A DNA stretch of 64,000 nt, taken from NCBI GenBank assembly GCA_021613535.1, contig CP075497.1, positions 13,082,001 through 13,146,000 on the forward strand. The letters run 5' to 3'. The notes beneath the pieces were generated by a model. That model did not search any database. It was not told where the DNA came from and saw only the letters and a list, made by a program, of their open reading frames with translations. Made by a program: the position numbers and the translations under genes. This document shows, in pieces, positions 50,430 through 62,497 of the stretch. Position 1 is the stretch's first letter. Each line of letters opens with the position of its first letter. This DNA is from Adineta vaga (taxonomy: Eukaryota; Animalia; Rotifera).

Positions 50430-52478
50430 ATGTCGTCGAAAGATTATATAAAACGACCAGCTTTAGACTCTCTCCATCATGGTATTGGTTCTTACTATGA
50501 TATACGACGCGATCGGTTTTTATTGCATTCTTGCTTTAAAACGGCAGTTGAATTAAACGATCATGTGTTGAATAAAACATCTTGCAAAGGCACTTTTTAC
50601 GAACATAGTCTTTGTGATACTATAACCGAAAAATTTCAAAAATTTCAAATTGATTCAAGTCTATCTGTTAGTCTCTTATCTGACTTGGCAAAAGTCAGCG
50701 GCTCATTCAAATTTTTAACGGAATCATCAGAAACAAGTCAAATCGTGACAGCATCAGTTTTCTATCGTGAAACAGCTCAATTCGAACGTTTAAAGGAAAC
50801 CGTAATTAATAACAATGAGCAGTTGAATGAATCAATTACATTCAAACAACAGCCTGATGACGCAACGCATATTGTTATCGGCATTATTTATGGTTTCTGT
50901 GTCAACGCAACTTTTCAAAGACTAGTTGAGAAACATGAGAAAAAGAACGAAATCCAAACTAAATTAAAATTATTATTAACAGAAATCAAACCAATTTCAT
51001 CTGGTTCTGCTGGTGTCGATATTGAATGTAACCAAACATCGAAGATAAACAAAAATTCATTCAGTGTCAAGATCTATGCTGATTTTAACCTAGGTGAACA
51101 ATTACCACAAACTGTTGAAGAAACTTTAGCATTTTTTAAAAAATTACCAGATTTTACGAAAAAAGATCTTTCTTCAGCTAAACCAATTGAATATATTCTT
51201 TATCCAATCAACAACTTGAAACGTCAATTAAACGTGCCGATCGATGATGCAGACACTCGAGTTTTAAGTCAAAGAATATTACATAAAATTCAATCAAATG
51301 CTGATTATTTACTTGAAAAGCAACAGGAATACAATGATTACTATGAAATGTATTCTCGCGTGTCAGCATGCATCTCAAACACATCTTGTGAAACGATTAG
51401 AGAACAAAAAGAGCAGTTGATAGTTGCTAACGTCATGTATCGCGAAAAATTAGGTCAAAATCTTGTGAAAGTTCGTAGCAGTATCATGGAAGAAGATGAA
51501 TTTCTCAAGTTGATCGATATTTCGTTCGATGAACTTAAACGCATGTACAAACCAAATTACATTCAGAAGAAAAAAATTGATTTCCTTTGTCTTGCATTAG
51601 ATCAGGAATGCGTTTTAAGCGATGAACACACCAGCGAAGATCTGATACCTTATAAATATGGTCAGAACAAACAAAAATTATTTCTGGGTGTTATTAATGA
51701 TCACTTGATAAACAGTGATGAGGAAAGTTGGAGAGCATTTATGAAGAGATTCCTTGGCATTATGACTCTGTGTGGCAAAGAAGCCAGATATGTTCTTTGT
51801 AATGATGATTTAGATGCAACGAAATCAAATTCAACATCATCGAATAATTTCCGTATTATGCATTATTACCATGGAAAGTTAATCGAGACCGAGATTATTG
51901 ATATAAAAGACAATCTTCCTCTTCAAACATTGTATTGTAATCGATGTGGTGGAGAAGATAATGAAGAACGATTTGTAATTTTAAGAAATGAATATGCAAG
52001 TCCAATAGAAAGTAGTGATGCTACCGATAGACTCATGAACTATGGGAAAGTTGTTGTCTGTGAGCCTTCATCATTTGACGTTGTTACATGTTTAAGATAT
52101 TCAAGTGGTGTTCATCGTCTTGAATTTCAAATAGTATCCTGTCAAGGTAGAACACTTGAACTTGATATAAATATGTATCGCCTTAACAATGACATTTCAC
52201 ACGTGCAAATAAAATTTGGAGCGCCATTACTAACTGATTCAACCTGTTGTAAAGAAAAAGATATATTCGAACTGAAAATTGACTGCGATGCACCTAAAAT
52301 TGAACTGATTAACCAAAGAACAAAATGGACAAAAGGAATAGCTGTTGATATTGTTCGATATCCGTTTCCGTGGAGATGTTTATTTAGATGCAGCCGCGCT
52401 TATTTGCGGGATCAAAAAATAAAACTCTGCTTGAAGCAAGTTTCTCATCAGGGAGAATGGCAAAGCATAATTAGCTAA
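50430..52478 (+). CDS. Stonustoxin-like MACPF/CDC-type protein with SPRY-like C-domain (paralog of 14792-16828)
   Basis: Collinear with the 14792 ORF: RPALD..IGSYYDIRRDRF, DATHIVIGIIYG, LPQTVEETLAFFKKLP, AKPIEYILYPINNLKRQL, YSSGVHRLEF, IDCD, PFPW. Confidence 0.75.
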   Translation: MSSKDYIKRPALDSLHHGIGSYYDIRRDRFLLHSCFKTAVELNDHVLNKTSCKGTFYEHSLCDTITEKFQKFQIDSSLSVSLLSDLAKVSGSFKFLTESSETSQIVTASVFYRETAQFERLKETVINNNEQLNESITFKQQPDDATHIVIGIIYGFCVNATFQRLVEKHEKKNEIQTKLKLLLTEIKPISSGSAGVDIECNQTSKINKNSFSVKIYADFNLGEQLPQTVEETLAFFKKLPDFTKKDLSSAKPIEYILYPINNLKRQLNVPIDDADTRVLSQRILHKIQSNADYLLEKQQEYNDYYEMYSRVSACISNTSCETIREQKEQLIVANVMYREKLGQNLVKVRSSIMEEDEFLKLIDISFDELKRMYKPNYIQKKKIDFLCLALDQECVLSDEHTSEDLIPYKYGQNKQKLFLGVINDHLINSDEESWRAFMKRFLGIMTLCGKEARYVLCNDDLDATKSNSTSSNNFRIMHYYHGKLIETEIIDIKDNLPLQTLYCNRCGGEDNEERFVILRNEYASPIESSDATDRLMNYGKVVVCEPSSFDVVTCLRYSSGVHRLEFQIVSCQGRTLELDINMYRLNNDISHVQIKFGAPLLTDSTCCKEKDIFELKIDCDAPKIELINQRTKWTKGIAVDIVRYPFPWRCLFRCSRAYLRDQKIKLCLKQVSHQGEWQSIIS

Positions 52479-52873
52479 ATAGATTGTGTTCTCGATAATT
52501 CCAATTTAAGATATCATAAACCATTACATTATATTATTTACAAACGTTTATTTCTTTTCTTCTATTTATTCCTTATTCTGCTATTTGTATATATTACGAA
52601 AAAGTAGCGTAGAGTAATACTAACCATATATGTATTTATAATTTCGATTATATATTCTTAAGAAAAACCATGACGAGGGTGTCAGTGTGAGTGAGGATGA
52701 TGTAAGTATCGAACATTCGGTTACCAACAATCTGAAGATTTTATGACGCGAAAATATGAATAGAAAGAGCTTTGTATTTGCTATTCAAAACAAATAATAA
52801 AAATACACGATATTTCTTCTTTATAATTTTATTCTCCATTGAATAAAAATTTTTTGGTTAATCAATAAATCTA

Positions 52874-53252
52874 CTACACTGAAATAACATCAAATCCTGC
52901 ACGAGAAAAGTGAACATTAAGATTGTCTGCCTTTTCATTACAAAGACGAAGTACGATCTCGTAATCATTTGCTGTAATAAATGTTCCTTCAACTGATATC
53001 CGACCCATATCATCAGATGTAACTTGTGACCGTTGTCCAACATGCCATTCATTCTTTGTTTTATTTTATACATAAGTTGGTTCAACTGGTTCAGCTTGTT
53101 TAGCTACTGCAAAAGCTTCTTCCAAAGTCATCTCATTATTTCTATCATGACCTATAATGCTGTAATACGATCAAACCATGAAATAAACTTTGTTTTAGTT
53201 AAACTTGGTAAAAGAGCTTTCGTTTTATGATTTAAATTGTTTTTTTATCACC
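52874..53252 (-). pseudogene. C-terminal fragment of a bacterial/fungal-type glutathione S-transferase
   Basis: ISWFDRITA/GHDRNNEMTLEEAFAVAKQAEP..VGQRSQVTSDDMGRISVEGTFITANDYEIVLRL..NLNVHFSRAGFDV fits the W.DR..A.GHG..EA..A / DYG..V.G / VHFPR.GF pattern. Stop and frameshift present; 5' part missing. Confidence 0.65.
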
Positions 53253-53254
53253 CA

Positions 53255-53306
53255 GAGTATGGGTGTGTGTGGGTGTGGCTCAGACTATACGCTTAATCCA
53301 CACCCA
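53255..53306. repeat. Inverted telomeric-repeat unit at the GST truncation point
   Basis: G arm, spacer CTCAGACTATACGCTTAAT, CCACACCCA. Confidence 0.8.
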
Positions 53307-53404
53307 TGCTACACTTTTACTCTTACTCTGCTTACATTGTTGTTTTATTTTATTTAAGAAAAAGAAAATGTTTATTCATTCGACAGACATGTCCTCAGTT
53401 TTGA

Positions 53405-54833
53405 TTATACTATTGTAGAATGTCGATTTATATAATTTTGATCAAAGAAAACCATTTTTTCTCTTTTTAGAAGAGATTGCTTTTCATTGGTATTTATCTT
53501 TTGAATAATTCGTGTTCGATATTCATCATCTTTTTGTTCCATTTCTTTACGATGTTTGAACGGAACACGACAAAACCAAATAATCATTATCAAATGAAAT
53601 ATAAGAAAAAGACTAAAGAAAAAACCAAGTGCAGCACGATCTATATATGCAATCCAAGAATCTTTCGGTACACGAAAATCTGGAGTTTGTTCATAAATAA
53701 TCACACTAATAATACTATGCCAAATAGCATGTAAAATAAGGTTAAATATACATAAAATACCATATATATCCAATAAAGTAAGATATGATATTGTTGGCTA
53801 TATAGACAGAAATATGTAGTTATATTATCTGTTTGAATAAATGAATTCTACTTACTAGAGATCGATTAACTGTCCAACGAAATGAAATCGATGTGAGAAG
53901 AAGTGTACATGAAACTTGAAGACGACTTACTACGTATCTTAAAAAATAAACATCTGATTAATATTTTATGATATTATATATTAAAAGAATTTACTGTAAT
54001 GGTAATCCAAATGCACAAAATGAGACCAAAGTAATTAATAAAATAAGACAAAAACCATTCCAAAAGAAATATTGTGATTGACGAGCTTAAAAAAAGAAAA
54101 CTTTATCAAATTTTATTTTCTTCTAACTATGCATACCAACATGACAAGTTACTGTCAAAACAGAACGTTTTCGATCTTCTGTATTTAAATTTGTCAATTG
54201 TTCATCATCATCATCATCATCTTCATCACCATCATTTTGAAAATGAAATTCTTTTATAAATCGTTGTTCTGTATCGATATGTTCATATAAACACCATTCT
54301 TGTTGATCAACAAATGCTTCACGATTAACTCCACTATGATTGAATGGATCAGCTATTAAAATGACTTTATTATGAAAATACATTGATGTTATAGATATTG
54401 ACAAATCTTGAATATCACTTGGAAAATGATGTAATTCAAGTTTTTCCCAAAATAATCCTTTTATTACACGATGTTCACAAACATAAATTTTATGATCTCT
54501 CGGATTGATTTTAGCACTATATTTAACTTGTTCTTTCAAATCACCTAAAGCATTTTCGATATACAATTGTGGATGCCAATAAGATTCATGATATTGTTCG
54601 AGAGAAATCGATTTTCCATTGATAAGACGTTCCTGATCAACAGATGGAATGATAGATAAGAATTTATCTGATGAAACTACCCATCGAGATTCGATAGATG
54701 CATGAGCTTGATATTTTTCATTTAATGTATCAATTTCACCTAAATATATCATAGAAATTTTGTTTAATATGTTCAGAAAATGATTTACCTATTCGAAGAA
54801 AAACAAGTCGAACATAGACAATTGTCGCACGGT
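53405..54833 (-). CDS. Cys-less (Pro-loop) pentameric ligand-gated ion channel subunit
   Basis: Five visible exons with about 50-nt introns. IGEIDT..YQA..W, WHPQLYIEN, LELHHFPSDIQDL (Pro-loop without Cys), YFFWN, RLQVSCTLLLTSISFRW (M2), SLPTISYLTLLD. First exon not located. Confidence 0.85.
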
Positions 54834-55420
54834 CTGAAGGTAACACAAGCATGATGAAAGAAAGAAAAAATGATCGTATTGATATTGGAACATATTTTAT
54901 TTATAAGTTTTCTTTACTGTTATTTCTTTATGTATAGAAGTGTAAGCGAATACATACAAAGTAAAAATAAATATTTTAAATATGATTAAATCGAAATAGT
55001 AAAAAGAAATACTCTAGTATTGATATTTGATGAATAATTTACGATATGTTTATGTTGATTTGAGATATGTAGAGAAAGCCTGAGTGTGAGTGTGAGTGAT
55101 ATTACTTGTAATTTATTACGATATTAGATCGAAGAAGGTAAAACTTGATAGGTTATGTGATATTCTTTTTTCTTCATATCTCAGTTTGTGATCTATTGCA
55201 ATAGAGATATCTTACATCTTTCAATTAAAACCTATATGAATAATACTATTGTCCTATGTTTCGATAACCATATAATATAGAAATTATTTATTGTAGTAGG
55301 TGAAAGGGTGTATCTCATTCTTACCCAAACTATCTCTGTTGAGTATTAGACTTTCACTGGCTCTTTTCAAATAGTATTTATATAAGTTTAATCTAACTCG
55401 ATTCTGACTTTATTTTAACA

Positions 55421-56222
55421 TTAGTTATTCTTACGATCGGGAATAATCCTTTCGATCGTATATGAAGTTTCTTCATAATTGATAATTTTAATACCGTAAG
55501 TATTGTACATAGTAATGATACAGCAGCAAATGTGAAGAGTATTCGAAAATAATACACCGATAAAGAGATAAAAAAATGATAAAATTAAGAATATGGAATA
55601 CAAACTGGTATGAGAGCTATTATCATGATAACTATACGTTGAGCCATTTTCAGGTCACGTTGAACACGTAATAAAACATTTGTCGATATTATACATCTAT
55701 GTTCGTTGTCTGAACATAACGAACACAAACAATATTGTCAGCATATATATAAATGAAATTACCAGTAAACATAAAAACCATTGGAAATACTAATCCATCA
55801 ATCCACATAAGAACGATAAGTAACAGTTGAGTTTTTGCTGATAACCAATTGCTACGTGTAGAATAAAAAACAATAGTATATCGATAGATTGCTTGAAGAA
55901 GAAATGAACAGATAACGATAGCATAAAAAACATATATCAAATAACCTCGAAATATACACAAATGATCTTGATATTGATTTACTCGAAGATCATTTTGTAA
56001 TCTAAATATACCTATCCAGCACATAATACTTGTATGTATCACTGTAGCTAAACATGAATTTCCAACAAATAACATTGGAACTGTATGACATGTTTTGTCA
56101 ATCATAATGATTGATAAAAATATAGTAGAGAAAATATGATGATTAAAACAAAACATATAATAAGATTCAATACTGATGATAGAAGAATTTGAAAGAAAAA
56201 CTAGAGATGATGTTGTATCCAT
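55421..56222 (-). pseudogene. Rhodopsin-type GPCR-like gene, frameshifted
   Basis: DKTCHTVPMLFVGNSCL, LCIFRGYL, SFLLQAIYRY (TM3 end) and further hydrophobic segments broken by frameshifts. Confidence 0.65.
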
Positions 56223-56810
56223 TTTGTTTTGTTGAAGATAAACTTGATATATGTATTTCTAATGCTATGTTGTTCAAGTGATACTTTCGAATGTTAATCA
56301 AACATTCATGAGAATCAGCTTTTTCTTCAATAAACTTCATAAGATACTTGAAATATTATTATTTCTGTTTCTTTTTCATCAGAAGAAAATAAATTACAAA
56401 AAAAAACTGAAAAGACCTTAGAGGACATTCTCTACAATACGATAATGCAAATCATGTCAAGTGAGTATCAAACAAGAATAGTAATGGGCTCAGCTCTATC
56501 TCATGTAGTTTGTACTTGGAAGTTGCTTTTTTTTCGTTTTTATAATAATGAAATAGCTTTCTCAATATGGATGGTTATAGACATAAAAGAAGTTTCTCGT
56601 TGTTAGGTGCTCAGAAAGGGTGTGGGTGTTAGATGTAATATTAACACCTACACCATCAAGATTCAGACTTGTATATTACGTAGCTAAATGATGATTTTGC
56701 TTATTTAGGGCTTGAGAGTCATATTGTTAGCCTTATGATAACATAGTGATAAACTCCTCGCCCTTGAAAATTTTATTTCATAAAATATAAAATCAATATA
56801 AGATGTGTGT

Positions 56811-57528
56811 TCAGTTTTCAATACAGTAAACATGGGCCATACGAGGAAATTCTGATCTCTTAATTGTATATGCGACATTAACTTTGAATTGAACAAAGAA
56901 TGGTAATGATTCAAATTTACTAACTGCATCCATACTCAAAGCATTTAACGTCCCATACACAATCAATTGAAGAGAAATATGTTTTAATTTGTTATGTGAA
57001 CCCAACATAAGTGTCCACCAATATGGATCCAGTAAACTTCTATCATTTCGATACCAGGTACATTCACAAAAGTATGTACGAAGATTGGGACAACATGGTA
57101 ACAGCAATTCAATGAATTTACTGATACACATATTGAAATAATCTTGAACTCCTCCTAAACTGAGTTTTTTCATGTTTGGAAGACACATTCTGATTTGAGT
57201 AGATAATAGAGCAGATGACACTGTAGCATCGTCATCATTTGGATAAACATGAAGTTTTGCTGAAAATGAACGGAGTTGAGGACATTGTTCCAAAATTCGA
57301 ATGGCCAATACATAATGAACCATACTCACATCTATATGGAGAAGTGATGGAAAATAAAGTGTACATATATTGTCAACGAGTGGCAATTCTGCATAAAATA
57401 AAGTTCCTTGTAAATACAAACGTTGAAGTAAAGGACAATTTAGACGAAAGAAATTCATTGTAGGTGGATCAACACATGTACGATCGTTCCAGTGACCACT
57501 AATGCTGAGCGAAATAAGGATCGAGAAA
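56811..57528 (-). CDS. LRR protein C-terminal portion (F-box/LRR family), 5' part absent
   Basis: CPLLQRLYL, FPSLLHIDV, CPQLRSF, LPNMKKLSL, CPNLRT; the frame stays open up to the telomeric arm at 57529. Confidence 0.6.
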
Positions 57529-58820
57529 GGGTGTGGGTGCGGGTGAGAGTGTGTATATTTCTGCTATCGAACAGCCCACATCTATATCCGCACCCAAATA
57601 CTTTATTCGACGTAGTTTTTGACGCTGATTTTGAATATGTAATTCATTTTGTTCTCAAACCAATAATAGCAATAAAAATCGATCAGTACCAAGTCATTTT
57701 TTATTCGTTCTGGCTAGTATTACAAAAGAAATCCGGTTTTTCACAACGACAAAATCTGAGAAAAATAAATAGGTACTATTGTAGCCCACGTTCTGGCGGT
57801 TCGAATGAGATATGACAGTTGATTCTATCTCTTGAAATAAAAAACAACATAGACTTACACGATTCTTCACGGATATGTGCTTTTTCAGCATATACGGATA
57901 TGAATGTTAGACAGGACTTTTTCAAGCTTTTTTGGTTTTCAATCTGATAAAATAGCATTATCCCGATTCAGTTTTTCATGCTGTTTCAGAATATGGTGTT
58001 TAAGGAACCCTTTAATATGATAAATGATATTAAATTTTAGCAGTTTTTGTAAAGAAAGTAAGATATATGACGTTTTCAGTCATTGAACGTATTTAGCGAT
58101 TTTCGCAGCCAAAGATCGATCAAATCTAAACAATTTATATATATTCGTGATCAGCGTTTCATTCTCTATCAAACCATATAGAAACAAACGAGAAAAACAA
58201 ATTCCACTGAAATTTTGCATTGTTGGTACCTTATACTGAACGTTCAATTGACATAAGAAACCCTCAAGGGTTTTACATTAAAGTTGCTAAGCTTTTAAGG
58301 ATTCGCGAACTAGTTATTGGTTTTGGATAACTAGCACGAAACCATGTCTGGTTTGGTTTAAAATATTCAGAACTTTTTGAAAACTGACGAACCATCAATG
58401 GTTTCGTGAACCGCATAGAGAACTTTCAGAACTTTCAGATGGTTTTTGTTGTCAACTACCGAACCTTCTGGACCCTGCTGAACTTGAAATAGTTCGGCAA
58501 ATCAAGGACGAAACGTTTTTAATTTTTCTGAACTTAAAATCGATTGGTGGAAGCATAGAGAACCTTTTAGGTTCGGTAAAACATCAAATTTTTTTACAGT
58601 GTAATAGTTATGCATATAGTGATAACAAATTATGTACTCATTACTATGACTCAATCCGATCGTACTTCTTTCAACTTTATCTTTACTTTTACGTCGGATG
58701 TTTCTTTTTATGATAGTCACTCATGCTTGTCCATACTTGTTTTTTCATCTGTCATAGAAAACGAAGAGATGAAATATTTACATTTTTGTACGGTCGGAAG
58801 TAGACGAAACAAGAAAACAA

Positions 58821-59646
58821 ATGAATACAAGACGTGTATCAATTGATCAGAATGAAGTAGATTTTCTTCTGTCTGATGATAATACATGTAATTCAAATAT
58901 TGAATCAACAAACCTAAACAATCTCAATTTTCCATGGGCATTAATTAACGTAATTAAGATATTTAAGAAAATTTGGCAACAAAGATCAAAGGAATTTTTC
59001 CAGCAACAATCAAAGTTTAATAAACATTTGCTATTTCCATATTATCTTCAACTTTTAGTGGTATTCCTCATTTCCATTGTCTTTGTTCCATATGGTCTCG
59101 AATCTCGATATGACGGTTATTATAGATATCCTCTGTTATTTACTTTTTTTCTTATTCAAGGTTTATTTGGTCTTTTTATTGTCTTAATTCATACGTGCTC
59201 AATTTTATTTTGGTAAATAAGTTTTGCATTTTATATTAATCAATCGATTTGAATTTATTCGAGTTTTTTCTAGTTGGACACCGTCAAAGATAGCAAATTT
59301 GTCGTTTGAACAGCGATTTATTATTCAAATTCTCATGGCTTCTGCTAATCTGATTACCATTTTTTGTATCATCTGGCTTTTTATTGGTCATGTTTGGGTC
59401 ATATTAACAATGAAAGAGTATACCACAGGAAACAACAATAATCACCTGAGAGCAAGCATTTTATTCAGCATTATAGCATTTATAGTTCAATATGCTGTCG
59501 GTATTTGGTGCCTTTATTCTTGGATTCAAAATAATTCACAAATTCTACATCGAACAAACGAATATATTAAATCTTCCAATAGAAAAGAAACAACCATACA
59601 TGAAAAAGTTGCTAATCGAAAAATTGATGTTTTGATCCATATTTAA
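58821..59646 (+). CDS. Multi-pass membrane protein of unknown function (two exons)
   Basis: ORFs 58821-59212 and 59274-59646 separated by GTAAAT...TAG; four hydrophobic segments. Confidence 0.6.
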
Positions 59647-61247
59647 TTTATCAATTTTTTTAAAAAAAAACTTTTGTTTATTCATCACAAACTAATCCAA
59701 TTAGTTAGTTTTATTAGATAGAAACTTATTCATATAGATTTTTTTTAACATGTTCAAGTGTAAAAGAAACTTTTATTTATTATTTCTTCTTTGATCAAAT
59801 CGTATTTTAATTACATTTATTTTTATTGTCATACCAGTTGAAGATATGTCTCGATAATAAATTTCTTCTTCTCTCTAACTACAATCTGCTCATTCCATGA
59901 TTATAGTTTCGATGCATATTATTGGATATCTGAGAATATTCTTAGAAACTGTCGTTCCTAACCACGTAATAATACATTTGACTGTAATGATTTGACCATT
60001 TTGAGTAATAATGTAAGATTATTTTTGTCGAATAAAATTTTCGCACGAGAAACTTTTAAAATCAATAGAAAGTTAGCGAAAAGTTGTTTATTAACATCGA
60101 TGAATATGAATGTGTCTCAACAGCGAAGGAGTGGAGCAGATAATGGCGTTGCCAGGGAAAGGCAAACGAGTAACTGTCAACTCCATGTTGAGGCTTGTCT
60201 ACTAAACTTTCAGCATTTTGAAGGGGTGGGTGTGGGTATCAGTGAATACAAGAGACCCACACACACACACTCACACCATACTGTCATCCTCACCTTTACA
60301 TATGAAGCTAACAGAAAGATCGCCGAATTTCCAAGTCATTCTAGACCAATGAACATTATTTATTATAAATATTATCTTACAGGACAAAAAGTAGACAGTT
60401 ATATTGCTTTTTTTAAACATATTAACAATATCCACCACCACCCAAAGCACCTAGTTCTGCATCAAGAAACGGATGAGACATTGTGTTGATCTTTGTTTGA
60501 TAATCGTCGAATGAAATAATAAAAATGTTATTAACGAGAAACGTTACTCATTGTATTTATATATTTATTGCGCGTATGAGATGAGTATATAAAAAGAACA
60601 TCACAAAACGCCCATTAACTCATTCTCTCTTTGACGTCACGAACGTATACGTCATATCGACTGTTTCTAAAGTTTACCATTGGCGTATTTTACTTTTGAT
60701 ACATAGTACATTCTCAACTTGGAAAAGATCCGTATATTTTTTTACTGTTGAGGAAGATATCAGTTGTTATCGTTTTGTCGTATGCCATACATCATTCACC
60801 TCGTTTGGCGTTTGTTGCTGAAACAAAGGACCTTGAGACACTCGAATACCATTTAGTATCAACTGTGCCTCTTGTGTTCAATCGAAACTATTCTATAATC
60901 CTAGATAACACGCTTTTTCATCCTGTTAATAATGATCAATTCAAATATTCAATGTCTTATTAATTGAACTCGGGCGAAGTTTTTCCTCATTTGTCGTTTT
61001 TGATTTTTCGATTAAATATCTTTATTATACAACTTGAATGAATTTTAAATTGCCTTATCAAGAAAATGTGGGTGCGGGAGAGGGTGAGATTAATGTGTAA
61101 ATATACTATCCTCACCCACACTCTCAAGATGAATGATAATTGTTGATAAAACTGATCTCTATGTTGTATTTTGGTTCATCTACATTTATTATTAAATAAA
61201 AATATAGTTAAATTTTTCACTAAATTAATCAATAAAAAATGAATATC

Positions 61248-61520
61248 TTATTTCTCAGGATGAAATAAATAGTGTACAAAGAGTTTAGCAAATTGATATG
61301 TGGGACTATTCGCTAGAGGATTTAAATCTACATATTCATAGTTATAATGAACTGGTTTGGGCGCAGAAGCAATTGCATGTGCTGAGTGATGTTGATGAAC
61401 ATAACCACGAGCATTTCTATGATATGGTTCGTTATTGTGATTGATATGATTGTTCATTCGATTATGAACTTGCTGTAAATGCTGAGCAGTTCTAGTATGC
61501 ATTCCAGTTGGGTTGCTCAT
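61248..61520 (-). CDS. Small His/Asn-rich hypothetical protein
   Basis: ATG in an AAAATG context, 90-aa low-complexity ORF, AATAAA-like AT-rich 3' region. Confidence 0.4.
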   Translation of the reverse strand: MSNPTGMHTRTAQHLQQVHNRMNNHINHNNEPYHRNARGYVHQHHSAHAIASAPKPVHYNYEYVDLNPLANSPTYQFAKLFVHYLFHPEK

Positions 61521-62175
61521 TTTGAATGTTGTTATGAAGAAAAATAACCAATATAGTGAATGTATTTTTTTCTCATGATAGAAAGTTTCTGTATTATATA
61601 TAAATATTTCTTGTGAAAATCATTGATGTGAAGCAGCGCTGAAGCATGAAAAGAAAAATACATACGAATGATTTCATCAATTTTTTACTAGTTAGTTCTC
61701 AACAAAAAAAGTATTCATTACGTTTGTGAACAATTGGAAAAAGGCAACAACAATGATGATGTTAACTGGTTCTTTTCATATTGATACTTTGTTTAAGTTT
61801 ATTCAAATATAATAATGAGAGTAAAGGGTATATGCAGTCTTGCGAACAATAACTGATGAATTCTATCAAGAAATAGAAAATATATATTTCAAGATTGTAC
61901 ATTTAAATATAACAATAGCAATGATCTACATTTACTTTCTCCAATAAAAACGAATAAATAGTACACCGAAGCAAAAAGAAAATGCAGCTTCTAATTTAAA
62001 ATCAGATTCTATCGAAATAACACTGTATCAAATGGGCGGACAAGGCTTGAATAGTGTTCTTTTATATAAAAAACATGTGTCTTGACTACAATATATCTAA
62101 AAGTACATTGAACAAAAAGAGATAGATAATACATATCGAATAACGTCTATGTTATTTTCAACCCATACTTTGACA

Positions 62176-62497
62176 TCAATCCAACGACCCTTTTTTTGCA
62201 GCAACACCACCACCACAACAACAATCAAGGCAAATTAGAACACTTATGACAATGAGAACATAATGCCACCATTGTAATCCGTCACTATCGTTACTTCTTA
62301 GATTAGTTTTGGCGCGTTGTAAGTCGTCTGTAGAAAGCGATGCCGATTCAATAGATCTGGCTGTATTGAAAGTATTTTTCGAAGAAATCGAGTTTTCAGA
62401 AGGATATACCACCGTACTGTCATTATCTTCCTTCTCCTCGTTGATACTATGTTTTTCCGATGCTGATAACGATGAATTCGAAAAAACTTTTTTGTTA
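62176..62497 (-). CDS. 3' part of a single-pass membrane protein (Ser-rich ectodomain, TM, Cys cluster)
   Basis: GLQWWHYVLIVISVLICLDCCCGGG; the upstream frame runs into a telomeric arm at 62498. Confidence 0.5.
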
